From a virus, in the IMG/VR virus record IMGVR_UViG_3300022752_002410, positions 2,650-66,649 of that record: DNA of 64,000 nt; one strand, given 5' to 3'. This document shows, piece by piece, positions 1-11,300 of this stretch. How positions within the stretch are numbered: the first letter of the stretch is position 1; each line of letters opens with the position of its first letter. The notes under the pieces were generated by a model, which worked only from the letters and a program-made list of their open reading frames with translations, was not told the origin of the DNA and did no database searches. The translations under genes and the position numbers were made by a program.

Positions 1-603
1 GTTGAGGCAAACTTGATTAACTTGGGCTGTCAAGTAACTACGCTGACCAATACACAGAAGATTACCAAAACTAGGTTTATTGACAGCCGAGGATATCAAC
101 TGCTTAGGGTGGATGATGAACCCGTCCTTGATCCTTGGTGTGGTAGTTTGCCCAAGCTCACTGGAATAGATGCTGTGGTCATAAGTGATTACAACAAGGG
201 ATTTTTAACCTATGAGGCTATGGAACATATCATAGCCTCATTCCCTGGGCCCGTATTTATTGATACTAAAAAACAGGATTTGGCTAGGTTTGAAGGAGCC
301 TATGTCAAAATCAATAAGGATGAATACCTACAGGCTCGAAGTTTGAACTCAAACTTGATAGTAACTTTGGGTAAAGATGGAGCCCAATATCAAAACACCT
401 TATACCCAACCAAGGATATCGAACTCACAGATGTATGTGGGGCAGGGGACACATTTTTGGCTGCTCTATGCTATGCGTTTTTGGCTACAAATGACCTCGC
501 AAAGAGCATTGAGTTTGCCAATTCAGCAGCCAGTGTGACTGTACAACACCTTGGAAACTATGCTCCTACGCTTGACGAAGTGCTTGACAACAGCCAAGAA
601 TGA
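1..603 (+). CDS. PfkB-family sugar kinase, HldE/RfaE kinase-domain-like (5' truncated by the window)
   Basis: Frame is open from base 1; motifs VVISDYNKG, IDTK, VTLGKDGA, DVCGAGDTF. Confidence 0.85.
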   Translation, partial: VEANLINLGCQVTTLTNTQKITKTRFIDSRGYQLLRVDDEPVLDPWCGSLPKLTGIDAVVISDYNKGFLTYEAMEHIIASFPGPVFIDTKKQDLARFEGAYVKINKDEYLQARSLNSNLIVTLGKDGAQYQNTLYPTKDIELTDVCGAGDTFLAALCYAFLATNDLAKSIEFANSAASVTVQHLGNYAPTLDEVLDNSQE

Positions 604-612
604 ATATATAAT
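584..612 (+). promoter_or_regulatory. Consensus sigma70-type (early) promoter
   Basis: TTGACA(584-589)-17 bp-TATAAT(607-612), followed by AGGAG RBS and ATG at 645. Confidence 0.85.
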
Positions 613-644
613 AGTTGTATTGCGTAACACAACAGGAGTTAGAT

Positions 645-1805
645 ATGGCCCGTAGTAAGATTGCTAAAAAATTGGCTAGTGCCGCACCAAAGAAAGATAA
701 TTCTCCAACTTGGGATGGTCACGAAGATTGGACTGACGAGGATTTTAATCGTAAGTTTAGACTGGCCCTAGAATACTACAATTTGAACTTCAGCTCCAAA
801 GACCTTAAACCAGTAGTGGTCAAATGGATGTCAGATAATGACTACAACAAGAAACAAATTCAGGCTTTCAAAGACACCAAAGATTGGCGCTGTCATATCA
901 CCATGGGTGGTATTGCCAGTTGTCTTACTCGCGGTATGCCATCTGTTAGGGAAGGCTTTAATAACGGGCGTAGCTCGGCTCTTTGGCTACGCAACGAAAT
1001 CACCAAGGTCCTAATTGAGGGCAAGTTCGATGTGGTAAAAACAGAGGCTAAGGCGACAGGTCCTGTGATCAGTATTCAAGATCGGGTGCGTGATGCTAGC
1101 ATGGCCATGACCGCAGAGATCGAAGAGGCTATCGAAAGTTGGCAAGTGGATCCAAATAGTTTTGATCCCAAGGCTTTCAAAATCAGTAGCATCCTACGGG
1201 GCAAACAGGCTAAGCCCGCTCACGCACGTTTTATCCGTGAGTTCTATGCTCGTCAATTAGAAGAACTTGAGGAGTTATCCAGTGGTAAGGCGGACCCACA
1301 ACTACGTGAAGCCTATAGTCATCGTAGCCGTAAGAATATTAATAAGTTAATTGAGTTCTTACAAAGCATACAGACTGCTTGCCAAATGCTTAACCAAGAG
1401 GCCAAGGTCAATAAGAAACCACGCAAGCCCAAGGCTATTAGCAAGGAAAAAGTAGTAGCAAGACTCAAGTACAAAAAGACTGACGAGGCACTGAAGTTAG
1501 TCAGTATTAACCCTGCTGACATTATTGGTGCCAAAGAACTTTGGATCTATAATACTAAGACCCGTAAATTGGGTAAGTATGTGGCCGCAGAGTTCGCAGA
1601 GTTGAGCATTAAAGGTACTAGCATCACTAACTTTAATGAGACTTTGAGTGTGCAAAAAACTGTGCGTAAGCCAGAGGACAAGCTCAAAGAGTTCAAAACT
1701 GCAGGTAAAGTGGCTCTACGCAAGTTCCTAGAGGACATTAACGCTGTAGATACCAAGATGAATGGCCGTATTAGTGAGGATACTATACTGTTAAAAGTAG
1801 CATAG
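645..1805 (+). CDS. Hypothetical basic phage protein
   Basis: Long ORF; ATG 645 preceded by AGGAG; no family recognised. Confidence 0.8.
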   Translation: MARSKIAKKLASAAPKKDNSPTWDGHEDWTDEDFNRKFRLALEYYNLNFSSKDLKPVVVKWMSDNDYNKKQIQAFKDTKDWRCHITMGGIASCLTRGMPSVREGFNNGRSSALWLRNEITKVLIEGKFDVVKTEAKATGPVISIQDRVRDASMAMTAEIEEAIESWQVDPNSFDPKAFKISSILRGKQAKPAHARFIREFYARQLEELEELSSGKADPQLREAYSHRSRKNINKLIEFLQSIQTACQMLNQEAKVNKKPRKPKAISKEKVVARLKYKKTDEALKLVSINPADIIGAKELWIYNTKTRKLGKYVAAEFAELSIKGTSITNFNETLSVQKTVRKPEDKLKEFKTAGKVALRKFLEDINAVDTKMNGRISEDTILLKVA

Positions 1806-1812
1806 ATTGATA

Positions 1813-1851
1813 GGGGTTTTGATGTTAAATTTTAATAAATATCAAAACCCC
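1813..1851 (+). promoter_or_regulatory. Hairpin enclosing a TAAATA late-promoter motif, adjacent to the RBS
   Basis: GGGGTTTTGAT(1813-23)/ATCAAAACCCC(1841-51) with AATAAATA between the arms; AGGA follows. Confidence 0.6.
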
Positions 1852-1861
1852 AGGAAATCTT

Positions 1862-3283
1862 ATGAATCAACTACTCAGCATTGTCGATGACGCTATAGTA
1901 ATTAAAAAACTCAGTGTGCAAACACTAGATGGGCCTACTCTTGTAACTGATAATCTAACGGTACAGGGATCTTTAAAGGCTGAGGACTTAAAGGTTTCAG
2001 GCACTATAACTGTAGATACACTAAAAGTAAAAAACCTAGTAACACAACAGGAATCTGCTCCTAGTAAACGGGTGCAGGATTTTACTTTTTTAGGTAGAAC
2101 TGATGACGATTTATACAATAAAGGACTAACCTACGCAGACGAAAACGGTACTAAACAGTTTGTCTACAGAACAGGCAACAAGCTATGGAGTACAATGAAC
2201 ATTGAATTGAATAGAGACCTAGCCTATCAAATCAATGGTGTCACAGTGCTTAACCAAACTAGTCTTGGGCCCACTGTAACACAAAGTAGTTTAACAAGAA
2301 TAGGCGATCTGCGTGAACTTAAAGTAAACGGTTATGTCAATTTTGATGATTGGGTATTCTTTAACCATAATATTAATAGATTAGGTATTAATACAGAGAG
2401 CCCAAATGGTACCCTAGGCATTGTTTTAGAAAATGCAGCTGAATTTATTGTTAATAATAACGAAGAACGAGTAGTCGTAGGAACTATCACCTCCAATGAT
2501 CTAAACATAGTAACGGATAATACAGTAAGAATTCAAATAAAAAATACAGGTGAAACTGTTTTTGGAAATGAAAAATATAAAAATGCCAAGGTAAAAATTA
2601 ATGGTATTTTAGAAGTTGATAAGATCATTACAGCAGGTGGAGATAAGGATCTATTACCTATCACTTATCGCACAACTGAACTGAGCAGTATACAGGGTAC
2701 GGGATTTTTATGGCATCATGCAAATAAGAATCGTCAATTCACCTATAACCTAGATCCAGATAGAATATACAGTAGTGAAACAATTGACCTACATAAATCA
2801 AAATGGTACAGCATAGATGGCAGTTTAATTATCAGTAGAAGCACTATAGGCTCTTCGGTTACTGAAAGTAGTCTAGAAAAATTAGGTAAACTAAGAGAAC
2901 TAGAAGTTGATGGAGTGGCCAAAATCAAAGTGCTAGAAGCAGATGAGGCTAGAATCACTCAACTAAAAACCAGCGATTCAATTAGTCTAAATGTTGATAA
3001 TGAGAATGAATTAGTAATCAACAAGCAAGGACCTATTGTAATAGGTACAGAATATAATACAGATAGAAATGTGGTCATAAATGGTCAAGTCAATATCGTA
3101 GGTGGTGTTAATATTAACAGTAAAAAAATATTTTTTGCCAGTGGTGCTCCTAGTTCTGGCAGATATTCCAAAGGTGATATTTGTTTTAATAGTAATCCTG
3201 AGGCTAGAGACTATGTAGGTTGGGTATGTTTAGAAGGTGGTACCCCAGGACAATGGAACAAGTTTGGTGTAATTATACCATAA
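1862..3283 (+). CDS. Probable virion structural or tail-fibre-like beta-rich protein
   Basis: Internal repeats (VTQSSLTRIG/VTESSLEKLG), RLGINTESP, C-terminal GDICFN..GWVC..GTPGQW motif seen in fibre proteins. Confidence 0.6.
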   Translation: MNQLLSIVDDAIVIKKLSVQTLDGPTLVTDNLTVQGSLKAEDLKVSGTITVDTLKVKNLVTQQESAPSKRVQDFTFLGRTDDDLYNKGLTYADENGTKQFVYRTGNKLWSTMNIELNRDLAYQINGVTVLNQTSLGPTVTQSSLTRIGDLRELKVNGYVNFDDWVFFNHNINRLGINTESPNGTLGIVLENAAEFIVNNNEERVVVGTITSNDLNIVTDNTVRIQIKNTGETVFGNEKYKNAKVKINGILEVDKIITAGGDKDLLPITYRTTELSSIQGTGFLWHHANKNRQFTYNLDPDRIYSSETIDLHKSKWYSIDGSLIISRSTIGSSVTESSLEKLGKLRELEVDGVAKIKVLEADEARITQLKTSDSISLNVDNENELVINKQGPIVIGTEYNTDRNVVINGQVNIVGGVNINSKKIFFASGAPSSGRYSKGDICFNSNPEARDYVGWVCLEGGTPGQWNKFGVIIP

Positions 3284-3289
3284 AAATAC

Positions 3290-3317
3290 TTGACATTAAG
3301 CAGAATAAATATATAAT
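3290..3317 (+). promoter_or_regulatory. Sigma70-type promoter with embedded TAAATA
   Basis: TTGACA(3290-95)-16 bp-TATAAT(3312-17); TAAATA at 3306-11. Confidence 0.7.
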
Positions 3318-3323
3318 ATGTGT

Positions 3324-3395
3324 ATAGAGGACTAAGACGTTCAACCCTCTCTAAATACTCTGCATGTCATCACACTTACTCTAGAGGAGGAGGCA
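3324..3395 (+). ncRNA. Candidate preQ1-I-like riboswitch or structured leader of queD
   Basis: P1 AGAGG(3326-30)/CCTCT(3346-50); loop ends in AAC; A-rich tail; possible pseudoknot GACGT(3336-40)/ATGTC(3364-68). Confidence 0.45.
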
Positions 3396-3399
3396 AGAG

Positions 3400-3876
3400 A
3401 TGGCTCGATATATTTCAACTAAAACATATAATCAACTTGGTCCTGTAGCATATCGTCAGTGGCGTGCTGATAGTCACTGTAGATTAATACATGGATACGC
3501 ACTAAGCTTTCATTTTGAATTCGAATGTGATACGCTGGATGCACGTAACTGGTGTATGGACTTCGGTGGATTAAAAGATCTTAAATACAAATTAGAAGAT
3601 TGGTTTGATCATACTCTGTTAGTGGCAGAAGATGATCCCCAAAAAGATGATCTAGTAGAATTAGGTCGTAAAGGATTGGCCAAGATCACTATGGTAGAGA
3701 AAACAGGCTGTGAAGGTATAGCAGACTTTCTCTATGAATACGTAAACACTATCTACTTACCCAGCTTTGGCCGGAGCGAGGCCGAACGTATTTGGTGCTG
3801 TCGAGTAGAAGTGCGTGAAACCAACAACAATATGGCCATGCGTGTAGGACATAGGAGCGATAACGAATATGTTTAG
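3400..3876 (+). CDS. queD: 6-carboxy-5,6,7,8-tetrahydropterin synthase (QueD/PTPS family)
   Basis: HCRLIHGY, MDFGGLK, FDHT, V.V.ET motifs. Confidence 0.9.
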   Translation: MARYISTKTYNQLGPVAYRQWRADSHCRLIHGYALSFHFEFECDTLDARNWCMDFGGLKDLKYKLEDWFDHTLLVAEDDPQKDDLVELGRKGLAKITMVEKTGCEGIADFLYEYVNTIYLPSFGRSEAERIWCCRVEVRETNNNMAMRVGHRSDNEYV

Positions 3877-3882
3877 AATTAT

Positions 3883-4581
3883 ATGCTCAATGTCATCTGT
3901 GTAAAACACGGCACTAAGTATTCTGAATTTCACGTAAACAGACTGTACAATATGGTTAAAAGGCATGTAACAATGCCTTTTAATTTTGTATGCTTTACAG
4001 AAAATACTAAAGACTTAGACCCAAATATCAACACAATATCATTACCAACAAATGATCAAATACAAGGTTGGTGGTGGAAAACTTATATCTTTAAAGAGGG
4101 ACATTTTAAGCCAACGGATTTAAATCTCTTTTTTGATTTAGATATGGTAATAATAAAGAATATAGATAAACTAATTTATTATGAACTAGGATATTTTGTT
4201 GGATTACAGGATGTTGGGCGTGTATTCAACAAATCTGATAAATTAGGTAGTGCAGTAATGCGCTGGTCTGGTACACAATTTTATAATATATGGACTACGA
4301 TTGAAAAAAATCCTCATCTATTGAAAAAATATCCTGGAGGAGATCAAGATTATATTTGGGATCTACATAAAGATAAGATATTATTTTTTCCAAAATTATG
4401 GATTCAAAGTTATAAGTGGGAAGTAAGAACTCAAAAAGAGTTAATTAGATTAGGCAATAAATGGATATTTAAAGATAAAGCAGATCCAAAAATAAATGAA
4501 GAAACAGCAGTACTAGCCTTCCATGGTACACCAGAAATGGAAGATGTGGAAGATAAAATCATAGTGGAGAATTGGAAGTGA
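3883..4581 (+). CDS. Glycosyltransferase-like protein (GT-A fold)
   Basis: [24 protein letters not shown] (DxD), GDQDYI, FHG motifs. Confidence 0.7.
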   Translation: MLNVICVKHGTKYSEFHVNRLYNMVKRHVTMPFNFVCFTENTKDLDPNINTISLPTNDQIQGWWWKTYIFKEGHFKPTDLNLFFDLDMVIIKNIDKLIYYELGYFVGLQDVGRVFNKSDKLGSAVMRWSGTQFYNIWTTIEKNPHLLKKYPGGDQDYIWDLHKDKILFFPKLWIQSYKWEVRTQKELIRLGNKWIFKDKADPKINEETAVLAFHGTPEMEDVEDKIIVENWK

Positions 4582-5504
4582 AAAAAATATTGGTAACAGG
4601 TGGTGCAGGATTCTTAGGCAGTCATTTGTGTAAACGATTACTGGATGAGGGTAATCACGTACTCTGTGTAGACAACTACTTTACAGGCAGTATTGAAAAC
4701 ATACGTGGTATGATGCTTAATCCATACTTTGAAGCAATGCGTCAGGATATTTGTATACCCTTATATGTAGAAGTAGATGAAATCTATAACCTAGCCTGTC
4801 CAGCAAGTCCCAAGTACTATCAATTAGATCCCATTCAAACAATGAAAACTAGTATATTGGGCACGTTTAATATGCTAGGACTGGCCAAACGTACGGGTGC
4901 AAAAATCTTACATACCAGCACTAGTGAAATATACGGTGACCCCAAGGTACATCCACAAACAGAATCATATTGGGGTAATGTAAATCCTATTGGTATTCGT
5001 GCCTGTTATGATGAAGGTAAACGTGCCGCAGAAACTCTATGCTTTGACTACAATAGAAAACACGGTGTGAATATCAAAGTAGTCAGAATATTCAATACCT
5101 ATGGTCCACGTACTGGCGCAGATGATGGACGTGTGGTCAGTAATTTTATTATACAGGCACTAAGAGGTGATCCAATTACTATATACGGTGATGGCAATCA
5201 AACTCGTAGTTTTTGCTATGTAGATGATATGATCAATGGATTGGTCTCAATGATGCAGAGTAGTTTAACTGGACCTGTAAATTTGGGTAATCCTGGTGAA
5301 TTTACTATTAAAGAATTGGCCATGATGGTATTGCGTTTGACACAGAGTTCAAGTAAAATAGTGTATAAAGACCTACCACAAGATGATCCACAACAGCGCA
5401 GACCAGATATCACTTTGGCTAGTGACAAGTTGTTTTGGGAACCTAAGGTAGATTTGGAACAAGGTTTGAGAGAAACTATAGAATATTTTAGGACAAGAAT
5501 ATGA
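4578..5504 (+). CDS. UDP-glucuronate decarboxylase (UDP-xylose synthase), extended SDR family
   Basis: [46 protein letters not shown]; GTG start at 4578. Confidence 0.92.
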   Translation: MKKILVTGGAGFLGSHLCKRLLDEGNHVLCVDNYFTGSIENIRGMMLNPYFEAMRQDICIPLYVEVDEIYNLACPASPKYYQLDPIQTMKTSILGTFNMLGLAKRTGAKILHTSTSEIYGDPKVHPQTESYWGNVNPIGIRACYDEGKRAAETLCFDYNRKHGVNIKVVRIFNTYGPRTGADDGRVVSNFIIQALRGDPITIYGDGNQTRSFCYVDDMINGLVSMMQSSLTGPVNLGNPGEFTIKELAMMVLRLTQSSSKIVYKDLPQDDPQQRRPDITLASDKLFWEPKVDLEQGLRETIEYFRTRI

Positions 5505-6283
5505 TTACATTAATCGGACACGGATATGTAGGCGAAACTATCGCCAGAGAACTATTTAAGGCAGGACAAGACTTTCTTTGGATTAGCCATAAGGATCCTA
5601 TACCATCAGGTACAATCTTTATTATCAATGCTGCTGGCTATACTGGATCACCCAATGTAGATGCTTGTGAAATATATCGTCAAGAATGTATTGATGGTAA
5701 TGTAACTTGGCCCTTAATGTTGGAAAGACATAACCCAAACACACCAATCATACACATTAGCAGTGGTTGTGTGTATGGTGGATACCCTCCAGGTGGTTAT
5801 AAAGAGACTGATCCCTGTGACTTTACCTTTAAGACTGGTAGTTTTTACAGTGGTAGCAAAGCATTGGCACAGACATTGTTAGAACCTTATATGGATAAGA
5901 GTTATCTCTTTCGTATTCGTATGCCTTTTGGACGCTTTCGTCATCCCAAAAACTTTTTAACCAAGTTGGAAAAATACGAAAAGTTAATTAGTTTTGAAAA
6001 TAGTTTAACTTTCGTAGAAGATGTAGGCAAGATTTGTGTTCATTTCATATTGACTAGACCTACTCCTGGTGTGTATAATGTGTGTAATCCAGGAAGCAGC
6101 AATGCTCGTGAGATTGTAGATATGATGAAGTTGGACAAACAGTGGTTTACCTTAGAGGAATTTAAGGCTGCTACTACTGCACCAAGAAGTAACTGCGTAC
6201 TCAATACTGAAAAGTTAGAAAGTGTGTATAGTATCAAACCCATCCGAGAAACCCTTGAAGAAGTTATTGGCACATATAAATGA
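5501..6283 (+). CDS. NDP-4-keto-6-deoxyhexose epimerase/reductase (RmlD-like)
   Basis: GHGYVG, NAAGYTG.PNVD.CE, SSGC, YSGSK, RIRMP. Confidence 0.8.
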   Translation: MITLIGHGYVGETIARELFKAGQDFLWISHKDPIPSGTIFIINAAGYTGSPNVDACEIYRQECIDGNVTWPLMLERHNPNTPIIHISSGCVYGGYPPGGYKETDPCDFTFKTGSFYSGSKALAQTLLEPYMDKSYLFRIRMPFGRFRHPKNFLTKLEKYEKLISFENSLTFVEDVGKICVHFILTRPTPGVYNVCNPGSSNAREIVDMMKLDKQWFTLEEFKAATTAPRSNCVLNTEKLESVYSIKPIRETLEEVIGTYK

Positions 6284-7302
6284 AACGAATAGGCTTTGCC
6301 TGTAAATGGATTGATCGAGCAGATCAAGTAGATGGTATTCATCCAAAAGATGATTGTAAAAAATACAATACCGGTGCTACTACTGTGGCCTGGCTTAATA
6401 GACAAACAAAGGATAAGGCTGTAGAAAAATTATGGTCGTTGGTCAAACAAAATATATATGCTGCCAAGTTATTGGTAGAAAAGGTAGGTAATCTAGATGG
6501 AGAACTTAGAATGGTTCGCCTATCAAGTGATATACTTCCAGTATATACAGAGCCTACTTGGTGTTGGTTTTGGCGTGAGCCTGACGTTGTTGCTTATGCT
6601 GAAAAACACTTTGCAGAAGTTGGGCGCATTGCTCGCAGCCGTGATGTGCGTCTGTCTTTTCATCCAGGCCAATTCACAGTTTTGGCTTCAGATAATCCTG
6701 GGATTGTCCACCGTAGTATAGAAGAATTTGAATATCACGCCGATATGGCACGTTGGATGGGCTATGGCAGAGAGTTCCAAGACTTTAAGATTAATGTACA
6801 CATTTCAGGTAGACAAGGTCCAGAAGGTATTAGGCGTGCTTATCAACGCCTTAGCCCCGAGGCACGTAATTGTATCACAATCGAAAATGAGGAAATAAGT
6901 TATGGACTTGATGATTGTTTGGGCATCAGTGATATTGTGCCTATTGTTCTTGACATACATCACCATTGGATTCGTGAAGGAGAATATATCCAACACAATG
7001 ATGTTCGCATCAACAGGGTTATTGATAGTTGGCGTGGTAGGCGCCCTGTGGCTCATTATTCCGTCAGTCGTGAGGATGTTGTTGTAAATCACGCTGTAGA
7101 TGTTAGGCCAGACCTAAAACTATTATTGGAGTCTGGCTATAAGCGTCAAAAACTTAGGGCACACAGTGACTTTATGTGGAACACTGCCGTAAATGATTGG
7201 GCCTATACTCACTGGGAGTGGGCCGATTTAATGGTCGAAAGTAAGGCTAAAAACTTGGCTAGCTTTGCTTTACATCGCCACTTCCAACAACTGGTGCCTT
7301 AG
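6280..7302 (+). CDS. uvsE: UV-damage endonuclease
   Basis: RIGFAC, RLSSDILP, RLSFHPGQF, IENEE, LDIHHH, AHSD, MVESKAK. Confidence 0.92.
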   Translation: MKRIGFACKWIDRADQVDGIHPKDDCKKYNTGATTVAWLNRQTKDKAVEKLWSLVKQNIYAAKLLVEKVGNLDGELRMVRLSSDILPVYTEPTWCWFWREPDVVAYAEKHFAEVGRIARSRDVRLSFHPGQFTVLASDNPGIVHRSIEEFEYHADMARWMGYGREFQDFKINVHISGRQGPEGIRRAYQRLSPEARNCITIENEEISYGLDDCLGISDIVPIVLDIHHHWIREGEYIQHNDVRINRVIDSWRGRRPVAHYSVSREDVVVNHAVDVRPDLKLLLESGYKRQKLRAHSDFMWNTAVNDWAYTHWEWADLMVESKAKNLASFALHRHFQQLVP

Positions 7303-7600
7303 CCTTACGTGTTGCTGGTTTTTTAGCTGCTGGCTTTTTAGCTGCTGGCTTTTTAGCTGCTGGCTTTTTAGCTGCTGGTGTTTTCTCAACAGGTGGTTTT
7401 TCAGCCTTGGGTTTAGCTACCCGAGGCTTTTTTACCTTTGCTGGTGCTTCCGTAGCAGGCGCATCACTGGTTGGGAATGTTACCCAAGGTTGAGTTGAAG
7501 GTTCAGCCTTAACTTCTTTTACAGGTTCCGCGCTTTGCTTGGCTGCTGCCTGCTCTTGTTCTGTAGGAAATCCAAATAGCTCTTTAAGTTTCTTAAGCAT
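7259..7600 (-). CDS. Small Lys/Ala/Pro-rich protein with histone-H1-like PAAKK repeats
   Basis: ATG at 7600 after GGAG; tandem PAAKK. Confidence 0.7.
   Translation of the reverse strand: MLKKLKELFGFPTEQEQAAAKQSAEPVKEVKAEPSTQPWVTFPTSDAPATEAPAKVKKPRVAKPKAEKPPVEKTPAAKKPAAKKPAAKKPAAKKPATRKAKAPVVGSGDVKQS
7313..7379 (-). repeat. 15-bp coding tandem repeat (PAAKK, about 4 copies)
   Basis: GCTGCTGGCTTTTTA units on the + strand. Confidence 0.9.
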
Positions 7601-7633
7601 AATATTCTCCAATATAGTAGTATATATCCTATT

Positions 7634-7921
7634 TTATAACTTACTGATATCTTCTAGGCTACTGGCTTTCATGTCCCACTGTTTACTTTTTTGAATACGT
7701 TTTTGTTGAGCAAAGCGTTTAGGATCACAGTTAGGACATACATGAAAATAGTTATTGCTTAATCGTTTTGGATCCATTTTACCTTTTTGCCGTGTAAAAA
7801 TTACACTGCAATTATCACATCTAAGCCTAATAAAAGCGGATTCTCTAGTATAGCTATGTTCTAAACCTGTTTTACTAGCTCTAATATAAGTATTTGTCAA
7901 GTAAAATATCTCTATAAACAT
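7634..7921 (-). CDS. Hypothetical Zn-ribbon protein
   Basis: CDNC...CPNC; TAAATA motif 4 nt before the ATG. Confidence 0.7.
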   Translation of the reverse strand: MFIEIFYLTNTYIRASKTGLEHSYTRESAFIRLRCDNCSVIFTRQKGKMDPKRLSNNYFHVCPNCDPKRFAQQKRIQKSKQWDMKASSLEDISKL

Positions 7922-7925
7922 AATA

Positions 7926-7966
7926 TATTTACTTGCATTAAGATTATAAAAAGGTATCGATAAATA
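7926..7966. promoter_or_regulatory. Divergent pair of T4-like late promoters (TAAATA), both apparently leaderless
   Basis: Minus strand TAAATA(7931-26)-TATT-ATG; plus strand TAAATA(7961-66)-ACATT-ATG; no SD. Confidence 0.6.
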
Positions 7967-7971
7967 ACATT

Positions 7972-8322
7972 ATGATAAACATTACCGAATCAGCACGTAC
8001 AAAAATAAGCGAATTGATTGAAGAAGAAAACAATCCAAATCTTTTTCTAAGAACATTTGTCCAAGGTGGTGGGTGTAGTGGAATGAGCTACGGCTTCACT
8101 TTTGATGAACAATCTAACGAAGATGACTTTCAAATAGATATTGGGCCTACTAGGGTGCTAATTGATGCAATGAGTATGCAGTATCTTACAGGAGCAGAGA
8201 TTGATTACAAATCTAGTCTAGAAGGCGATTCATTTGTAATACGTAATCCCAACGCCCAAACTACTTGTGGTTGTGGCAGTAGTTTTAGTATGGGTGATGA
8301 TTTTTATGATAACTTAGACTAA
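7972..8322 (+). CDS. erpA: A-type Fe-S cluster carrier (ErpA/IscA/HesB family)
   Basis: [20 protein letters not shown]. Confidence 0.9.
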   Translation: MINITESARTKISELIEEENNPNLFLRTFVQGGGCSGMSYGFTFDEQSNEDDFQIDIGPTRVLIDAMSMQYLTGAEIDYKSSLEGDSFVIRNPNAQTTCGCGSSFSMGDDFYDNLD

Positions 8323-8323
8323 T

Positions 8324-11300
8324 ATGGCTAGAAAAGAAATAGACATCGGTATTGTAGGAAATGATGGTACTGGAGACAGTATTCGTGAAGCCTTCAGAAA
8401 AGTCAATGATAATTTTAAAGAAATGTACGCTGTCTTTGGTCAAGGTGGTGCTATACGATTTCAAGATCTAGACAATGTAATAACAGAACAAAGACAAATA
8501 TATGCTTTGACTAACGCCACTGGTCTAATGAAAGGCATAATAGAGCCAGTAGACGGATCAGCAGGTTTCAATATCAATATTACTGCATCAGATCAGGCCA
8601 CAGATCAATTCACAACTACTAGTACAGTATCATTAAAAATTAATGATAAAATAACTTTTAGCTCAAGTGTTACAGGAGGTGGTGGTAGTATATTTGGTGG
8701 GGTCAATTCTACAACAACTTATTATATTAATACCATAGTAAGTGCTACACAATTTACAGTAAGCCTAACTCAAGACGGTTTAGGAATTAATAGAATATTA
8801 ACCAGCGATAATACTGGTCTAAACATTAAACCTAGAATAATGGAAGGTTCCCAAGGTATCCTAGTGGACAGTGCCAGTGATCCTAATAAAATCACTATAA
8901 GCAATATTGGTGGGAGATTAGTTTCAGATGGTAAACCTAGTCTACAAAGTCCATTAAATGCCAATGGTAAAATAATAGCTAATATAGGTGATCCCACAGC
9001 CAGTAATGTTCAAACATTTAATAATCTTTTTGGTAATGACGGCGTAAGCATCACAGTGAATGATGTGGTAATTAGTAAAGGTTATGCAGATAAAAATTAC
9101 ATAAGAAAAACTGGTGGAGGTGGAAGTGGCCAAATTAGAGCGAGAAGTGAACCACTTACAAGAAATGAATACATACTGACTATAGATGAATATATTAATG
9201 GTAATGCTATAATACCAAATCATGGTTTAGATAACACCGTTGACGGTAGTCCATATACATATAATAGTACAGCCACTGTTGCTTCAGGATTAAAAAATAC
9301 CATATTTGTAACTGATTCATATTTTACTATTGGTAGAAGCTTTAAGATAACAGAATTAGGTAATACAGATTTTACAACACTAGGCGCTCAAAGAAATATA
9401 GTTGGAGAAGTATTTGTATCAACAAGTACTGGTGTTGGTACAGGCAAGGTAAGACCAGTATATTTTATTAGATACTTTGATGGTAATGGTATAAGTTTTC
9501 ATTTTACTGCTAATGATGCACTTAATAATGCTAATAGAATAGTGCTAACGAATAATGATGGTACAGCAGTTGAAACTATAACAGATGCTTACTTAACCAC
9601 AGAACTATTAGGCAATTGGGCCAGTAATGAAGTATTGCCTAGAAATAGTGTTGTCCGACGTCAGGGCGATGTAATGACCGGACCTTTAACATTGTTTGAT
9701 CACCCAGATCCATTTGAAGGAATAGGAACACCAAATGGAGCAAGTGATCTACAGGCAGCTACCAAATATTATGTGGACAATAGTAGCTTTGTTAGTAGAG
9801 TTAATTTATTTGTTAGCACAAGCGGAAATGATCTACAACCAAATACACCACCTGGTAAAGAAGGAAGTAGTTGGGCCTATAGTTATGCTACTATAGGTAA
9901 AGCTTGCCAAAAAGCTGAATATTTACTAAGTGTAGCAGACGTAGAAACAGGGCCATATAGACAATTAATTGCCTACAATAACGGTGCAGAACTATCTGTT
10001 GTTACAAATTATACTCCAGGCAACGTAGCATCAATTACATTTACAAATTATAATGGCAAACGAGTAGATCAAGGTGTACTAAACAATGAGGATATAACTC
10101 CTGGTAAACTATTAGTAGGAAGACTAAGTGGTGCCAAGGGAACTATCAGTCAATATTTAGGTGATGATGGTACTGGTGTTGGTCAAGATAAAATTGAATT
10201 GATCAATGTAAGAGGCACATTTTTAAAAGGTGAGAACTTAGAATTCGGTGATACAGTAAAAAATCTACAAATAACTATTCATGTAGAAAGTGGTATCTAT
10301 GAAGAAGATTATCCTATAAAACTGCCAACTAACACAGCCATAGTAGGTGATGAATTTCGTAGAGTCCTGGTAAGACCTAAAGATCGTATAAGTCAAAGTC
10401 CTTGGGCTGACACTTGGTTTTTTAGAAATACTGTATTTGATGGACTAAATTTAGTCAATGTTGCTAACCCTGTAAATAAAAAACATTTCCTTGATACAGA
10501 CCTACAAGGTTGGTATAGTCATCATTATTATATAAAACCAGGACTACCATTGAATCCTGGTCCTAGATATGACAATCCTGGTAACTTTATAGCTGCTGCT
10601 AATCTTATAGCCGCTGCCAAATCTACCATTCAACAGGAAATAGTAATTTATATCAACAATTTACCTAGTACTAATCTTAATGCAACCCAAGAAGCTAAGA
10701 GTATTAGAGATACTGGGTTTATTATTGACGCTATTGTTGCTGATCTAATAGAAGGTGGCAACGAAAAAATAGTTAACTTACAAGAAGTTTTTAGCAAAGT
10801 TACCACACTCACTACAGATTGCAAAGCAGGTATACTACAAATTGCAGTATACATCAATTCTACAGTATTAAACTCATTACCCACTGCTGATAAAAATCAA
10901 ATTACACCTATCATTACCAGCATGATGAACAGGTTATATTTTGGCTTTAATCCTGCTTATAATACTCCGAAAAATAATAAAGATATGGATGTATTTTTAT
11001 GTAACGATGCCAGTATTGTTCGTCAGATAACATGCCAAGGTCATGGTGGATTTATGATGGTGCTTGATCCAGCTGGTCAAATTTTAACAAAGAGTCCATA
11101 TTGTCAACAAAGTGGTAGCTTCAGCGGCAGTATAAACAAACAAGCATTTAGAGGTGGTCAATATATTGACGGGTTCACTGGTAATTTAAAACCTACAGTG
11201 GTCAGTAAACTAAGTGATTATAGACTGGTAATTACTGACATACCTAGAGAACCTGAAATGCCCAGTAGCTTTTATATTAATGGAGAACGTTTTAAAGTTA

